Assembly: GCF_009914755.1 (NCBI RefSeq)
Contig: NC_060938.1
Length of the DNA stretch: 64,000 bases
Source of the DNA: the human T2T-CHM13v2.0 reference genome, Homo sapiens
Strand: one strand, 5' to 3'
The notes under the pieces were generated by a model that saw only the letters and a list, made by a program, of their open reading frames with translations, was not told the DNA's origin and did no database searches. This document shows, in pieces, positions 14,031 through 27,010 of the stretch (position 1 is its first letter; the number at the start of each line of letters is the position of its first letter). Position numbers and translations under genes: made by a program.

Positions 14031-15040
14031 GCATCGTAAAAGCCAAGAGAGAAAAAGGAGAGGACCAAGAGAAACAAAGAATATGAAGAGATGGATTAAA
14101 AATAAGCTAAGCAAATAAATTTGCAGATGTTATAAACTTTAACTTTGGAGGAAAATATAGTATAGATCTGCTGAAAATAAAAATGTTAATGCAGGAGAAC
14201 AAACACAGGAGCCTCCCCACAGAATTTTTAGAGCATATTTCTTCATATATCACTTCAGAAAATGTTCCATTTCTAACATTTAAAACTCAGCGCAGATGAG
14301 CAGATTCAGAATGACTTAAAACTCCTAGAAATCCAAGGTCAATGACATTATAAATTCCAAGTACACCTGAGTTAAAGGCATATGTTTTATTGGTAATTGG
14401 CCTCCATTTTGGAATCTGTGCTCATTATACTATGAAAAACCCTCTCGTATAATACAGGTAACAAAAGCAAAAGGTAAGAATAGTGCTAGGCTGCTAGGTC
14501 AAGACACATTAAATAAAATATGAAAACAGTGAAGATAAAAGGTAATCTCAGAATTTTATAAGAAAATAAAATACAATCCACTCTTAAAATCAAACATCAA
14601 AAAAGAACTGGAAGTTTTCGTTTTCACTCAAGAACATTCTCAACCACCACACAGACTTGATCTCATCAGTTTTTAGCAGGTTTAAATATTTTATTTTATA
14701 TTTCCCCAGAAAAAGTAATTATAGCCTTATTCTACCATTTTTATACCAAATCGGAAAGTTGCCTATAACAGCTCTCTCTTCTTTCCTATTTCCATTTCAC
14801 TCCAGAAAAAAAAAAGGTATAAAACTAACTACCACATCAATCTTTAAAATATCTAAGAATATTTAAGTTCTATTTCTTTTTTTCTTACCAAGAAATTGAT
14901 AAAAGAAAGACAAAGGGAAAAGTTTTTACTAATTTATATTACAACTCTAATGGCCAGTCACATCGGTTGTAGTTCCTACATGATTGCATCGTTTCTAAAA
15001 TTAGCTCAGTTTAAATAGGAAGCATTTGTAGGTTAGAGTT

Positions 15041-16245
15041 CAAGGGATGTGCTGGAGCTGGCTTGCACCAGCTTGAAATGGCTGATTGTTGAATTTTATG
15101 AGCTGGTTATTTTATATTGGTGGCTTAAAACAGCTTTGGAAAGAGAATTTACACCACAGAAATTGGCAAGAGTTACTAGAAATCAGGGCTTTTGTTAATT
15201 GACAAACAATAATTGTATATATTTACAGGGTACAGTGGGATGTTTTGATAAACCTTTATATTTTGGAATGACTAAATCAGACTAATTAACATATCCATCA
15301 CCCCAAATACTTGTCATCTTTTCTGCAATAGATCTCAAAAACTAATTCCTCCTGTCTAACTGACATTTTGAATCCTTTTACCCCTATCTTCCTCTTTCCT
15401 GCCCCACCCCTCACCTTCGCCTCTGGTAACCACCATTCTACTCTCTATTTCTATGGGTTTGACTCTTTAGATTCCACATATAAGTGAAATCATGCACTAT
15501 TTGTCCTTCTGTACCTTATTTCACTTAGCATAATGACCTCCAGGGTCATCCATGTTGTCACAAATGACACGATTGCCTTCTGTTTAATGGTTGAATACTA
15601 TTTCACTGTATATATATACTACATTTTCTTTATCCATTAACCCATTATGGACAGTTAGGTTGATTTTTATATCTTGGCTATTGTGAATAAAGCTGCAAGG
15701 AACATGGGAGTGCAGATACCTCTTTGACTTACTGATTCCAATTCTATTGGACATATACACAGAACTGAGATTGCTGGATCATATGGTAGTTCTATTTTTG
15801 TTTTTTGAGGAAGCTTCATTGTTTTCCATAATGACTATACAAATTCATGTTTCCAAGAACAGTGTACAAGAGTTCCTTTTTCTCTACATCCTCACCAATA
15901 CTTGTTAACTTTCATATTTTTATAGTAGCCATTCTAACAGGTGTGAGCTGAAAACTCATTATGATTTTGATCTGCATTTCCCTGATGATTAGTGATGTTG
16001 AGGATTTTTTCACATATTCATTGGACACTTGCAGGTGTTCTTTTGAGAAATACCTACTCAAGTATTTTGCCTATTTTTAAATTGGGTTATTTTCTTGCCA
16101 TTGATTTGTTTGAGTTCCTTACACATTTTGGAAATTAATCAGATGTATGGTTTGAAAATTTTCACCCAATCTGTGGATTGTCTTTTCATTCTTGTTTCCT
16201 TTGCTGTGCAGAAGCTGGTTATTAATCATTTACCAGCACACCACT
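15041..16245 (-). mobile_element. MER63A-like hAT element (15041-15192 and 16213-16245) split by L1MA
   Basis: Left part GTGCTGGAGCTGGCT...TTTACACCACAGAAATTGGC...AAATCAGGGCTTTT. Right terminus TTTACCAGCACACCACT. Confidence 0.75.
15193..16212 (-). mobile_element. L1MA 3' fragment
   Basis: L1MA 3' UTR (AATTGTATATATTT...CTAATTAACATATCCATCACC), then antisense ORF2 end to TTTGCTGTGCAGAAG. Confidence 0.85.
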
Positions 16246-16848
16246 TGCTCTAGCTCATCACCCATCTTGAATGCGTTAAAAGAATCAGACACAATTTTTT
16301 TTAAAAAAGGTGAATTCTGGAGCAGAAAAATAAGAGTCTCCATGATAACCATCAGTGAAATGGGCAAATAAACAGAGAGAATGCAAAATTTTTCCTACCA
16401 CAGTGATAGAATGTGAAGGAAAAAAGCTGCTCAGTTCAGGATCTCAGCTCAAAAACATCCACCTTTAAAGAGGAAAGGCACAAAGGCAGCCATAATGTGG
16501 AAAGAGGTTGACACTCTGGAGGCACCCAGAGAAATCATGGTGAGGGTGCAACAGACTCCTCGCACTTTCTATCTGCCCCATTTCCACATTACAGTGATGA
16601 AAGGGTGGGCTGGGAAACCCGCGTATGGGGTTCCTAAGAGGGACCTGACTCTTTTTTTATAAGATTTGCCCAGTTCCACCGGCCAGAATGTCTTTCCTTT
16701 CCACAGCCCCACAACGATGCCCTTCATGAAGTTTAAATACAAAATTCATCCCAAAGCCTTTCCTCTCTGTCATATCAAAGTCATAGCAAGAGGGAAAAAA
16801 ATTCCTGTTTCCCATTCTGAAGGTGATGTTCAAAGTAAGAGATACTCT

Positions 16849-16883
16849 ATTTTTGTCCATGCTTTGTAAGCATGGACAAAAAT
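16849..16883. repeat. Perfect inverted repeat, 16-bp arms, 3-nt loop
   Basis: ATTTTTGTCCATGCTT-TGT-AAGCATGGACAAAAAT. Confidence 0.97.
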
Positions 16884-17169
16884 TTACTGTGAGTCCTTTC
16901 TGGTAGGTTTCTGTTTATGTTTTTATCCAAACACATTAGAACACTGGCTTCCTGTTTCTTTCCCAGAAATACGCCTTATGGGCCCAGTGCTTCCCTGCTA
17001 ATCTCTCACATCCTGTTCTGTGACAGTCTAAAATGAAGGTGCAGCAGGTCAAACTGTCATTGATTTAGCAATGCTTCCCTTAGCTTGAAGAGGTGGAGAA
17101 ATGTTTCCTGTCCCTTAAGAGGCATAAAGGTAGGAAATCAGGCTTTTCAAAAGGCAGTCACATTCTGTC

Positions 17170-17380
17170 CATGTGAATACTTTCCTTAGCCTGCTTGGGC
17201 TCTGACACCTGCACTGTTTACACACCTGGATGCACTTTGTAACCCCAATCGGGCTCTGACACCCCACATCAGGCCACCAGTGCCCACCTGCATGGATGCC
17301 CACCTAAACCTTCTCTAGCTCTGGCACTCTACACTGGGCTGCCTTCACAGGCTCTCCCTTCTCACTTCACTCAGGCTGGG
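17170..17380. repeat. Degenerate 55-65 bp tandem array, 3-4 units, probably inside an old DNA transposon
   Basis: Recurring TGGATGC and GGGCTCTGACACC units near 17197, 17251 and 17316. Confidence 0.55.
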
Positions 17381-17488
17381 AACGTTGTGTGTTCATGAGT
17401 TCACTTAAACTCTTCATATCTGAAATAGTTTATCTCATTCTCTTTTTTCCTATATAGAATGTTCTGTAAATGTTCCTATGTTCCATAG

Positions 17489-17873
<385 letters not shown>

Positions 17874-18756
17874 CCAGGGGCATTTTCTAACCACACACCT
17901 CTGTATGTTCATAAAACTAAACCTTTTCCTTATACTGCTTTTTCATGTCCCTGGATTGCCAACATTATTCAGCTGTGGCAACACCCATCAACACTGCAGC
18001 CACACACCATTTGCAATTCCTCTGCATCTTAACAGTTTACTCTGCTCCCAAGATATTTTGCAGGAAAGAGAAAAAAGAAAAGGTTATAAAAATTTTTTGT
18101 TCTGCAGTAGCCCTGGGAATTTTTTAACATGAGGTGCATTCACACCATTAAGTGAGCAAACAAAAAAAAAGCCTTCATTTTATAAGAGCCATTTTAAAAC
18201 TGCTTAAAGGAAAGTAAAAGCAAAAGCATCACAGAATTAGATGCCACTAAAAATATTTAATTAATTTGAGATGAGTAGTACATTGGGCTCCAACCACTTT
18301 CCTGCAATAACACTGGTAACCTGATACCAAAAGTGAGGAAGGAATACAGGAACTTACCCTCTCCCAGGGCAAGAGCACACCTAATCTGGGAATAGCAAAA
18401 GGAGATGCAGTACAGAAATTAGCTGGGACACAGAATTTATGAAAGAAAGAAGCCTTGCCGGAAGCCATCCACTTGTGCCTCACTATTAGAAATCATTGGT
18501 GCAAGGTAATATTTGGACAGGCGTAAACACTCATTTGTATTTGAAGGTAAGCAACGAGCAGCCAAAGGCTTAATTAACTTTGCTTTCAACTACTACTGTG
18601 ATGTAATTAATTATTGCTATCCCTAAAACCATTATTTTTTTGTGGTTGATCTTTTATTGATGGGATCTTTCAAAGGATGGAACAGCAAGATTTTTTAACC
18701 CTTTGTGACTCATAAGGACTTTCAATCTCCCAAGTTGAAAATGCCAGCATCTAATA

Positions 18757-20095
18757 TAATAGCCTTCCACATGAGGTGCATAATTCCTTAGGAGTGTGCA
18801 AGATGATCCTTTGGAGTACTGGAAAAAAATATTAGGGCATTTACATTTGTTTATATTTTAATCTATAAATAGAGAAAGAAACCAAGCTCTACTAATATCT
18901 AATGTACAGACCAGCTCTGGCACCCTCACTCAGTGCATGTGTCCAATAGCCAGGTAGTCAGACATCACTGATCTAGATGTACCCTATCACAGAGTGGGAG
19001 AAGCTGCCAGCCTGCCCTCTCTTTGTCTTTGGTTTTCAGCATTTGGCTCTACATCACAGTTTGCATGTGCCCAGCAAAGTGGATTCACAGATCATGTTAC
19101 TTAATTTTAATCAAACTAATTCTCACCAAATGCTGTTATGGCTTTAAGATATTTCTGCAAAGAATCCAATGGATTAATAATGTAAATGCAAGTGAAAAAA
19201 ATAAGAAGAGAGCAATGGCAAAGCTGACACTTCTACCTTCAGTACAAGCTCTTTGCCAGCTACACATTTAATCGGTTCCTTCAAGGTAAATTAGATGTTT
19301 TAACAATAAGCAACAAAGCAACTTCTTTTTAAAAGAAATTCATGCTATAGAAAGAGCATTGTGAAAATGAACGTTTGGAAATGTTTCCATCATTACATGA
19401 TTTTGTTGAGGAAAACACTGTAAGTATACACTCTAAACACTCCCTCTCTGCTGTTTTTAAATCTTCCAAATGGAGAGTTTCAGTGGGTTTTGAATGCCTT
19501 TGTTAAAAACATTAAAATGCATTATCTTCAAATTAGTTTTGCAAGAACATCTGATTGAGATCACAGAAGATGGAAATTTGCTAGCCATATTTCAACAAAA
19601 ACCATTGCAAGATGAATTCTAGATTGAAAATTGACTTACATGATTGTGAAGTCCGTAATGCACTCCTCCTACTTGGATGTTTTCAGAAATATGTTTCAAC
19701 TATGATAATAATTGAAAACTAAGTCTCAAGATAAACTCGAGGTAGAAATACAACTTCTAATTGCTTCACTGCAAAATTTTAAACTAATCGTTTAAAAACA
19801 AATAAACCATATTAAAGTATATTGCTCTCCTTTAAAAATGGTACTAATACTTGGATGAGAACAAAAATATTTTATAACTATAAACAAATACAATAAAATA
19901 TCATTTTAATGTGTTTATTTTATATTCATGACATCCTTTAAATTTATTTAAGTGTATGTTTTACAATAAGCATACATAGCTATTGTAGTACATTTATAGA
20001 AATGATAAATAAGCATATGTAGATTGTGGATAGAAAGTTCAAAAATATTTTACTGATAGAGGCACAAGATCTAAAAAGTGTTGTGATGACCATTG
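18757..20095 (+). mobile_element. Charlie7-like hAT transposon, internally deleted, with decayed transposase
   Basis: 5' end GAGGTGCA...GTGTGCAAGATGATCC...AAAAATATTAG and 3' end TTTTACTGATAG...AAAAAGTG...GACCATTG resemble recalled Charlie7 termini. Flanks resemble the NTCTAGAN target. Confidence 0.65.
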
Positions 20096-20141
20096 GTCTA
20101 CAATGGCTTCCAGCCTGGTGAGAGTTTACTTCCAATACATG

Positions 20142-20210
20142 TACTGTGTACATCAGAGAGCTGAAGTTCCATCATGGTGCCTACTGTATACATCAGAGAG
20201 CTGAAGCTCC
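20142..20210. repeat. Direct duplication, 29-bp unit, 40-bp period
   Basis: TACTGT(G/A)TACATCAGAGAGCTGAAG(T/C)TCC twice. Confidence 0.9.
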
Positions 20211-20549
20211 GTGTTAGGTAAGTTTGGGAGCAACAAAAACATATTCAAGGTAGTGCATCAGTAAAGCTTCGATTAAGAAAAACAAGATTTACTAAAATGT
20301 AGGCCATAAAATACGGGTTTTACATATATTAACTTCAGAATCATAACAGTATACCCACATTGGTTGCAGTACTCCACTTAAATAAGTTTAGAAATGCTGC
20401 ATATGACTAAGAATGCTTTCAAATCAAAGGTTCCTAAAGCCATTAAACTGCCTTCCACCTTAGAGTAAAATCACGTTCACAGATGATGTCAAAACTTCTG
20501 ATAAACAAAACACAACTTTCATCATTGACAAAATTTTTCCCTATATGTC

Positions 20550-21048
20550 AACTCATGCCGCTCCTATATTCAACACTTTCCAGCAGGCTTTTCATCTCAA
20601 AGTAGAATCCCAAATTTTTGGAGTTGCCTACAAGATCCTCTCTGATCTCACCCCTTCTACCTCTCTGGCCTCAGCTCCTTCTACCCTCCGTCACTGGGCT
20701 GCAGCTACACACCAGTCCCCTCACTCTTTCTTGAACATTCCAGGCCCATTCCCACCTCAGGCCACTCTTGCTGTTCCCCCAGCCTAGGAGATTATCCGTT
20801 CTCCTCCCCCACTGTCCTTGACTGCCACTTTAGCAGGAAAGCCTTTCCTGAACACCCTCCTGCAACCTCTATGTCTCTTTCATGATTCATTTTTCTCCTT
20901 AACTCCTGTCACCATCTCAAATTATATGTATTTAGGTTTTTTTTGTTTTTTTGCCACAAAGGAAGATTTTGTGTTTTATTCACTGTTGTATCTCCAGTAC
21001 TTAGCACAGTGCCTGGCACATAGAATAGTAAACATCTTTTGAATAAAT
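20550..21048 (+). mobile_element. L2 3' portion
   Basis: Ends TTCACTGTTGTATCTCCAGTACTTAGCACAGTGCCTGGCACATAG...TGAATAAAT. Confidence 0.85.
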
Positions 21049-21133
21049 CTGCATCTTAAGCAGAAAACTGAAGAGCTGTTTCAAAATACTCAGAAGTAGA
21101 AACCATCTCCATCAACTTATTCAATATTTATTG

Positions 21134-21171
21134 TGAATTTACTATGTGAATTTACTATGTAATTTACTATG
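21134..21171. repeat. 13-bp tandem repeat x3 at the start of an antisense L2 fragment
   Basis: TGAATTTACTATG TGAATTTACTATG TAATTTACTATG. Confidence 0.85.
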
Positions 21172-22697
21172 ACCAGGCACCATTTTGGATTGTTTGAGAA
21201 AATGTAAAAATAAAACAAAACTCTCTTAAGAAGCTTAGGATTTGACATAAAATGCAAACAGATCATTGTAATATTCAGCAGGCTATGTTTGCTAAGCATT
21301 ATTGAAGGGTTGCTGGCTTGGGAAGTGTCGGGAAGAGAGAACTCACTTCTATCTATTAGAGCGGGAAAGTCAGGGAAGTAGAATATCAGGAATGACTTCA
21401 GAGAAGAAAGTATTTGAATTAACTTTCAAAGGTAAACTTTTGTTTATAACTTTAAGTACACCGTGTATTATATAGTATGATTCATTTTTCTCTAAGATTA
21501 TTTTCAATTTTCTCCACTCCCTAGTTCGCAGAAAGGTAAAGAAAATGAACTTATAAACATACTGGCTTTCAAGGAGCTTAGAGCTTCTTATCAATCCAGG
21601 AATTATTAGAATTTTAACAAAGCCTCTTGAATTCAGAAACAGAGAAACTTGGCCCACTGTAGCAAGGGGACATTGTCACATCAGAGGCGAGTAAGTGTGA
21701 GTTAGACGACCAGGATACACCCCAATCTGAATGGGGAAGGAAAATGTGTTTGATTAATTTTGACACCAATAGTTTCTTTTAGCAAATGCCACATTCTTGG
21801 CAGGTTTATGTTTCTTATTATGCCATTTTACCATTTAAAGAGGATAAAAGGGAAAAATTAAAGTCCCATGAGTCTCTATTAATCTTTTCTTCAAACATCA
21901 CCTCAAGGATCAGGCATCAGATATGACATCTTTCAGGGTTTTCACCCTGAGTATTCAAGTCCTTTTATGCCAAATGCAAAGAAGAGACACCAATCCAGTA
22001 TTACCAGATTTATATTCATTGGCATTTTTATCTCATCCTACTATTACATATCTGTGATCATAGCACCTGCTGATTCAGAAGCACCAAAAGACCAGGTTCA
22101 AGAGCTCTTGCAACTAGTTAGTTACTGAACTAAAATAGGTGTCTGGACAGCAGAGACTTGTGCTTAAAATAGGAGAGCAAAAATATCTTCCATGCCATTA
22201 GAAATGCATAACCTTCCAGCAACAATGTGACGGTGGCCAGTGGTCACTAGAAACCCCCCAACCTATAAGCACCTTGAGGTTATAACTGAAGTGTGTCCTT
22301 TATTTCTGACAGTTAATCCCAAACATGGCATCAAAAAGGGACTTCCCAGGAGCACTAATGGGGTCATTTTCTTTACAATGGTACAAGCAGTTATTTGATA
22401 TGAGTAGGTTCTAAGAATAAAGAACTCTGGCATTATTTCCATATTGACTAAAGAGTATCAGACCCCACAAACAAATATTTTATTTATAAATAAAAGTGTG
22501 CAATGGTACATGAATACAAAAACAGTTAAAGGTAGGAAACTCTTCCCATTATAAATATCCACAGCTTTTAATTGAGTATAAAATAATATCTCCTGCTTGA
22601 ATAATTTTGTAAGAAATTAGGATATGCAAGTCAATGAAGAAAAGTGTCTGGGAATAATGCTTGGATTATATGACAAGGATCCTTATTGGCAGTCATT

Positions 22698-22764
22698 AAT
22701 GTCACTTATATCCCTGTCTTTTCAGAAGAAAAGAATGTCACTTATATCATTTTCAAAAGAAAAG
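22698..22764. repeat. Imperfect tandem duplication (36 + 31 bp)
   Basis: AATGTCACTTATATC...TTTTCA(G/A)AAGAAAAG twice. Confidence 0.85.
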
Positions 22765-25555
22765 GCAGGGATGGCTGCTATATAGACCATCACAAAGCTC
22801 AAAAGAAATTAATTTGGTTTGCCAATCCTTTTTGTAGCCAGGCTCATGTTTGTAATTTCTTGTTGATTCAGAAGCAATGAACAAATTTTTGCTCAGTTTA
22901 GGATGTCTTTTTTGGACAAATTCTGATTTCCAGAGCCAAGGAGTTAATTTTCAGATATTTCACATGACATTCTAGAGGTTAATTATTAAGCAGGTAGTGT
23001 GCATTTCATTTCCAGGAAGAGATGGACATCTACCCTGACAGTTCTCAGGGATAATGGAAGGCAGAAGAAAGATCTAATCTTCATTTCACTGTTGATGAAG
23101 TGAATATCCTGAATGGATATTCTGTGGCAGTCTAATGAGACAACACAGCATACAGCGGAAATTTGAAATATTCTGAGTCACTACAGAAGAGTAGATAGAT
23201 TCAAACCTGCTTTTATTGTCTCATTTCCAAGAGCTTTTATACCATTTCTCCAAATATGAAAACGTTCCTTGTCTCTCTCCTACCACTCCTTTTTGCTTGT
23301 GTCAGTTACTCAATGCAAAACAATTCCAACCAGGAACAGTCATTCCAGCCCCAAACAATCATCTGAGTTTGGCTTTCTGTCCTCAAACAGCGTCCACACA
23401 CACTTGATTCCACTCAAATACTCTTTATCCTCCTGCCACGTCATAGAAATGGCCTTGACACATCCCAAGGCACAGACCACAGCACGCAGTTCTCCAGTAC
23501 ATAAGTACATAAGAGACAGAGAACAACTCCAAGTGAGTTATTCAGTATCTCTTATATAACTCATTCCATTCTGAAAAGCAGACTTCAGCCACGGTTTAGA
23601 ATCAAATTGCAACATAGCTCTAACAGAAGTAAGGTCTGTAGCCCAAGGAAATACCACAGTCACTTTTTATTGAAATCCTTTATTGGCTAGAGTCTAGATT
23701 CTCTTAGGTATAGGCTGATGTCTTTCGTGTCCTATGGCCTATGAACATTTGCCACTATCTTGATGGATCTGTTCCATGAGTAAACAAAAATTTCTCACCT
23801 TTACAATTGTCAATCCAAAAATTTTCATCAAGGCCCTCAAAAGCTTTTTGGAACTCCCAAAGTGTACCTAAAAAACACACTGCACTACTTATAATCTCAG
23901 ATTTCTCTACACTTGCCTTAGAGCAAATTATTTCTCCTCATCACCCTCTCCCCTACCCTTTCCACAGGCAAAAGTCAAAAAGCTAGTTCATATTAAATTT
24001 TAAGATCTGTAAGAAAAAAACTCAGCAAGTTGCTGTTGGTTGAAGCAAAACAACATAAAAATCTTCCTCCATAAGTGAAGACACAGGGAAAGAAAGAAAA
24101 CTTGAGCCCAGCAAAATAGTGCTCTCTTCACGCAATCAAGATTTCTGTTAAAAGTCTATTCTTTATAAGCAGTACATACCCATGGTTCTCACCTGATGCC
24201 AGAGAAGCTCAAGGTATTTTAGGTTTCCATCCTGAACATTTTCCTTAAGAAATGATACCTGCTGACCAGAGAAAAGAATTAGCTATTACTGAATAAATAT
24301 TATTTTATGAACTTCAGGGCCTCAGGGGGACCATGATTTTACCAACGAGCTAGCTTTTTAAACAGGATGGATGAGTGCACGGGCACATTACAGACGCGAT
24401 CCTATGGCCATTACCTGTCTGTGCATCTCCCTCTGAGACACCAGGTAGCAAAGTAAACTGCTCCCCTGTAAGATAAAGCCTTAAATGATGAAAATTCAAT
24501 TCAAGTGTCCCAGTAAACTATATCCTATTTTCCCACCCCTGAAGACCAATAGCCTCCTCTTTCTTTTGCCTTTCTTTCTGAGTTACTTTTCTCTGTGCCT
24601 CTGCCTCTCGTTCTGTCTCCATCTGTGAGGAAAGAGGGCTCAGGGAATGAGGAAGAATTCTGTCTTTTGACTTCTGTCTCCTTCTCCTAGCCTCTCTCCC
24701 CCTGTTTCTACCTCTCAGCATCTCTTCCCCAAGTCTCTCTCCCTCTTTCCCCATCTCCTTCTCTCCCTGTCTCACTTTGGTATTTCAATTTGGGTTTTCT
24801 TGTTTTGCAGGAAACAGTACTGATTTTATACTCCTGGAAATGAGGGTATACAGCTGGGCAAGAACTTCTCTGGGAGTGAATCACTATTGTTCCCAGAGGT
24901 TTTATTTGTCTTCTTTACAAGTCTCCCTGCTGCCCACAAAAGTGCCAAGCTCTTGATCAATGGGATGGTGAAGTGTCACATTTTTCCCCTCTAAATGCAG
25001 AGTAAACCTTCACAGCCTTGCTCCACTGCACTGAAAAATGAAACTGTAACTACATGCTGGAAGGTCCTTAAACAATTCCTCTCTAGGCATAGCCCCTGAA
25101 TGGCTTCTACATGGCTAAACAAGTGCCTCAGAGGAAGAATGTTTATCCTTATAAAATAATTTCCCATAAGAAAACTTTGGTTCCACAATTGTCTTTTCCA
25201 GGAATCCTAGTTACACCGTCAACATTAAAACCCACACCTGTCACATGAAGCAGATCAAAAGAAAAAGAAAAAGAAGCCCTTCCCATTGAGGACTCAGCCC
25301 TATGTACCTTCCTATTCCCCATAGCTAGCAAGTATAGGTGATAAATGCATATTGGTAATAATGAGACCTATGTTTTATGACCTAAAATCCTGCTAAAACT
25401 AGAGTCCTGACCCATCCTTTCTCTTCCCAGAATTTTATTCATTCTGAAAATAATAGAAGTTTTCTTACAAGTTTCAATAAGCCACGACTATCAATAATAA
25501 GAGCCTCACTCCACAATTATATTAATTCACACTTGTAGCTCCTGTTGCTCTATGC

Positions 25556-25704
25556 CAGATCCTGAAAAACTATGGCCCATGGGCCATATCCAGCCCACTT
25601 ATGTAAGTTTTACTGGGACACAGCCATGCTCATTTGCTTACATAGTGTCGAAGCCTGCTTCACACTACAATGGCAGAGTTGAGCAGTTGCCACAGAGACA
25701 GACC
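25556..25704 (+). mobile_element. MER58A hAT-Charlie fragment
   Basis: AAACTATGGCCCATGGGCC...AAGTTTTACTGGGACACAGCCATGCTCATT...GGCAGAGTTGAGCAGTTG. Confidence 0.8.
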
Positions 25705-25848
25705 CTTTGCAGAAACAATAGATGTACCTGCTCTAAGCAACAGAAACACCTAATGATTATGCCAATAATTGCCATCACTCATTCAGTATTCCATGAGAAA
25801 GTGACACATACTTTTCCTGGATTATTGATTTGCCACAGCCTTATGAGT

Positions 25849-25887
25849 AAGTGCTGGGATTATAGGCGTGAGCCACAGCACCTGGCC
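25849..25887 (-). mobile_element. 39-bp Alu 5'-end remnant
   Basis: AAGTGCTGGGATTATAGGCGTGAGCCACAGCACCTGGCC. Confidence 0.9.
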
Positions 25888-25911
25888 TGAGTTAGGCACT
25901 TTTATTAACAC

Positions 25912-26278
25912 TACGATAGACTGAATGTTTGTGTTCCCCCCTAAAACTCATGTTGAAATTTGAACCCCCAATATTATGGTATTAGGAGGTGGGGCCTTTG
26001 GGAGGTAATTAGGCCATGAGGGAGGAGCCTTCATGAATGGGATTAGTGCCCTTATAAAAGAGACCCTAGAGAGATCCCTGACCCATTTTGCCATGAGAAG
26101 ACACAGTAAGAAAACAGCTGTCTATAAGCCAGGAAGCATGCCCATGCCAAACACTGAACCTGCTGGTACCTTGATCTTGGACTTCTCAGCCTCCAGAATT
26201 GTGAGAAGCAAATTTCTGTTGTTTATAAGCCACCCAGCCTATGATATTCTGTGACAGCAGCCTGAAAGAACTAAAAGA
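25912..26278 (+). mobile_element. MLT1A/MLT1A0 solo LTR
   Basis: GACTGAATGTTTGTG...ATGGGATTAGTGCCCTTATAAAAGAGACCC...CTTGATCTTGGACTTCTCAGCCTCCAGAA. Confidence 0.88.
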
Positions 26279-26905
26279 ATTATCATTTTCAAAACGAAAC
26301 CAGGTATCTTGTAAGAGGAGAAAGAAGTCAAACCCAGACAGTCTGGCTTGAGAGTCCATGCTGGTAATCACTACTCCAAACTGTCTCTAGATTTGGGGAT
26401 GCTAATGCTCAGACAGGAAAGAAGTTGGGTAACAGTAGGACACAGTACAAAACAAAACAGTGAATGTATTTTTAAAAGCTGAAGAAAGTAAAACCAAATA
26501 ATAAGAAAGGATTGGGAGCTATCAATATAAGAGCTGGGACAACAGTTTGTAAAATTTCACCCAAGTCAGACTTTTAAACAACTTTCATAGATTCTTTAGA
26601 TGAAATTCAGGAGAGAGCAACTAGCTAGATACTGAATAAATGTTTGTTGAGTGGATGGTTGGATAGATGGATAAGCACTACGGTATCTCACAGAATCAAG
26701 CGAATGACCAAGAAGTGGGAAGAATTGGGACCAAGGTAAATCAAACTTCAATAGGAGAATTTAGAGGTCCTCTTTATAAATGACTATCATCAGCATGACT
26801 CAGCCTCAGGAACACTCAGTTTCTGGGTATTCCCATTCCAGATTTCAAACTCCAAGGAGACAAAATCTTACTGGGTCACCTTAGCCTAGATAAATACCCC
26901 TAGAG

Positions 26906-27010
26906 CAGTGGTTCTAAGCCCTAGCTGCACACTTGAATCCCCTGAGGCTCTTTTAAAGAATACCAACTCCTGAGCCTCACCTAAGCTCAACTGAAACTGA
27001 ATCTCTGGGG
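26906..27010. mobile_element. MER5A fragment among degraded MLT1, MIR and L2 pieces
   Basis: CAGTGGTTCT...GCTGCACACTTGAATCCCCTG...AATCTCTGGGG. Confidence 0.7.

Noticed and set aside
20142-20210. Repeat-spacer-repeat resembling a CRISPR array
   Set aside because: Only two units with an 11-bp spacer, in primate DNA with no cas genes.
24550-24815. Long CT-rich tract ending in a strong plus-strand acceptor (TTGTTTTGCAG)
   Set aside because: No convincing downstream donor, and low-complexity sequence explains it.
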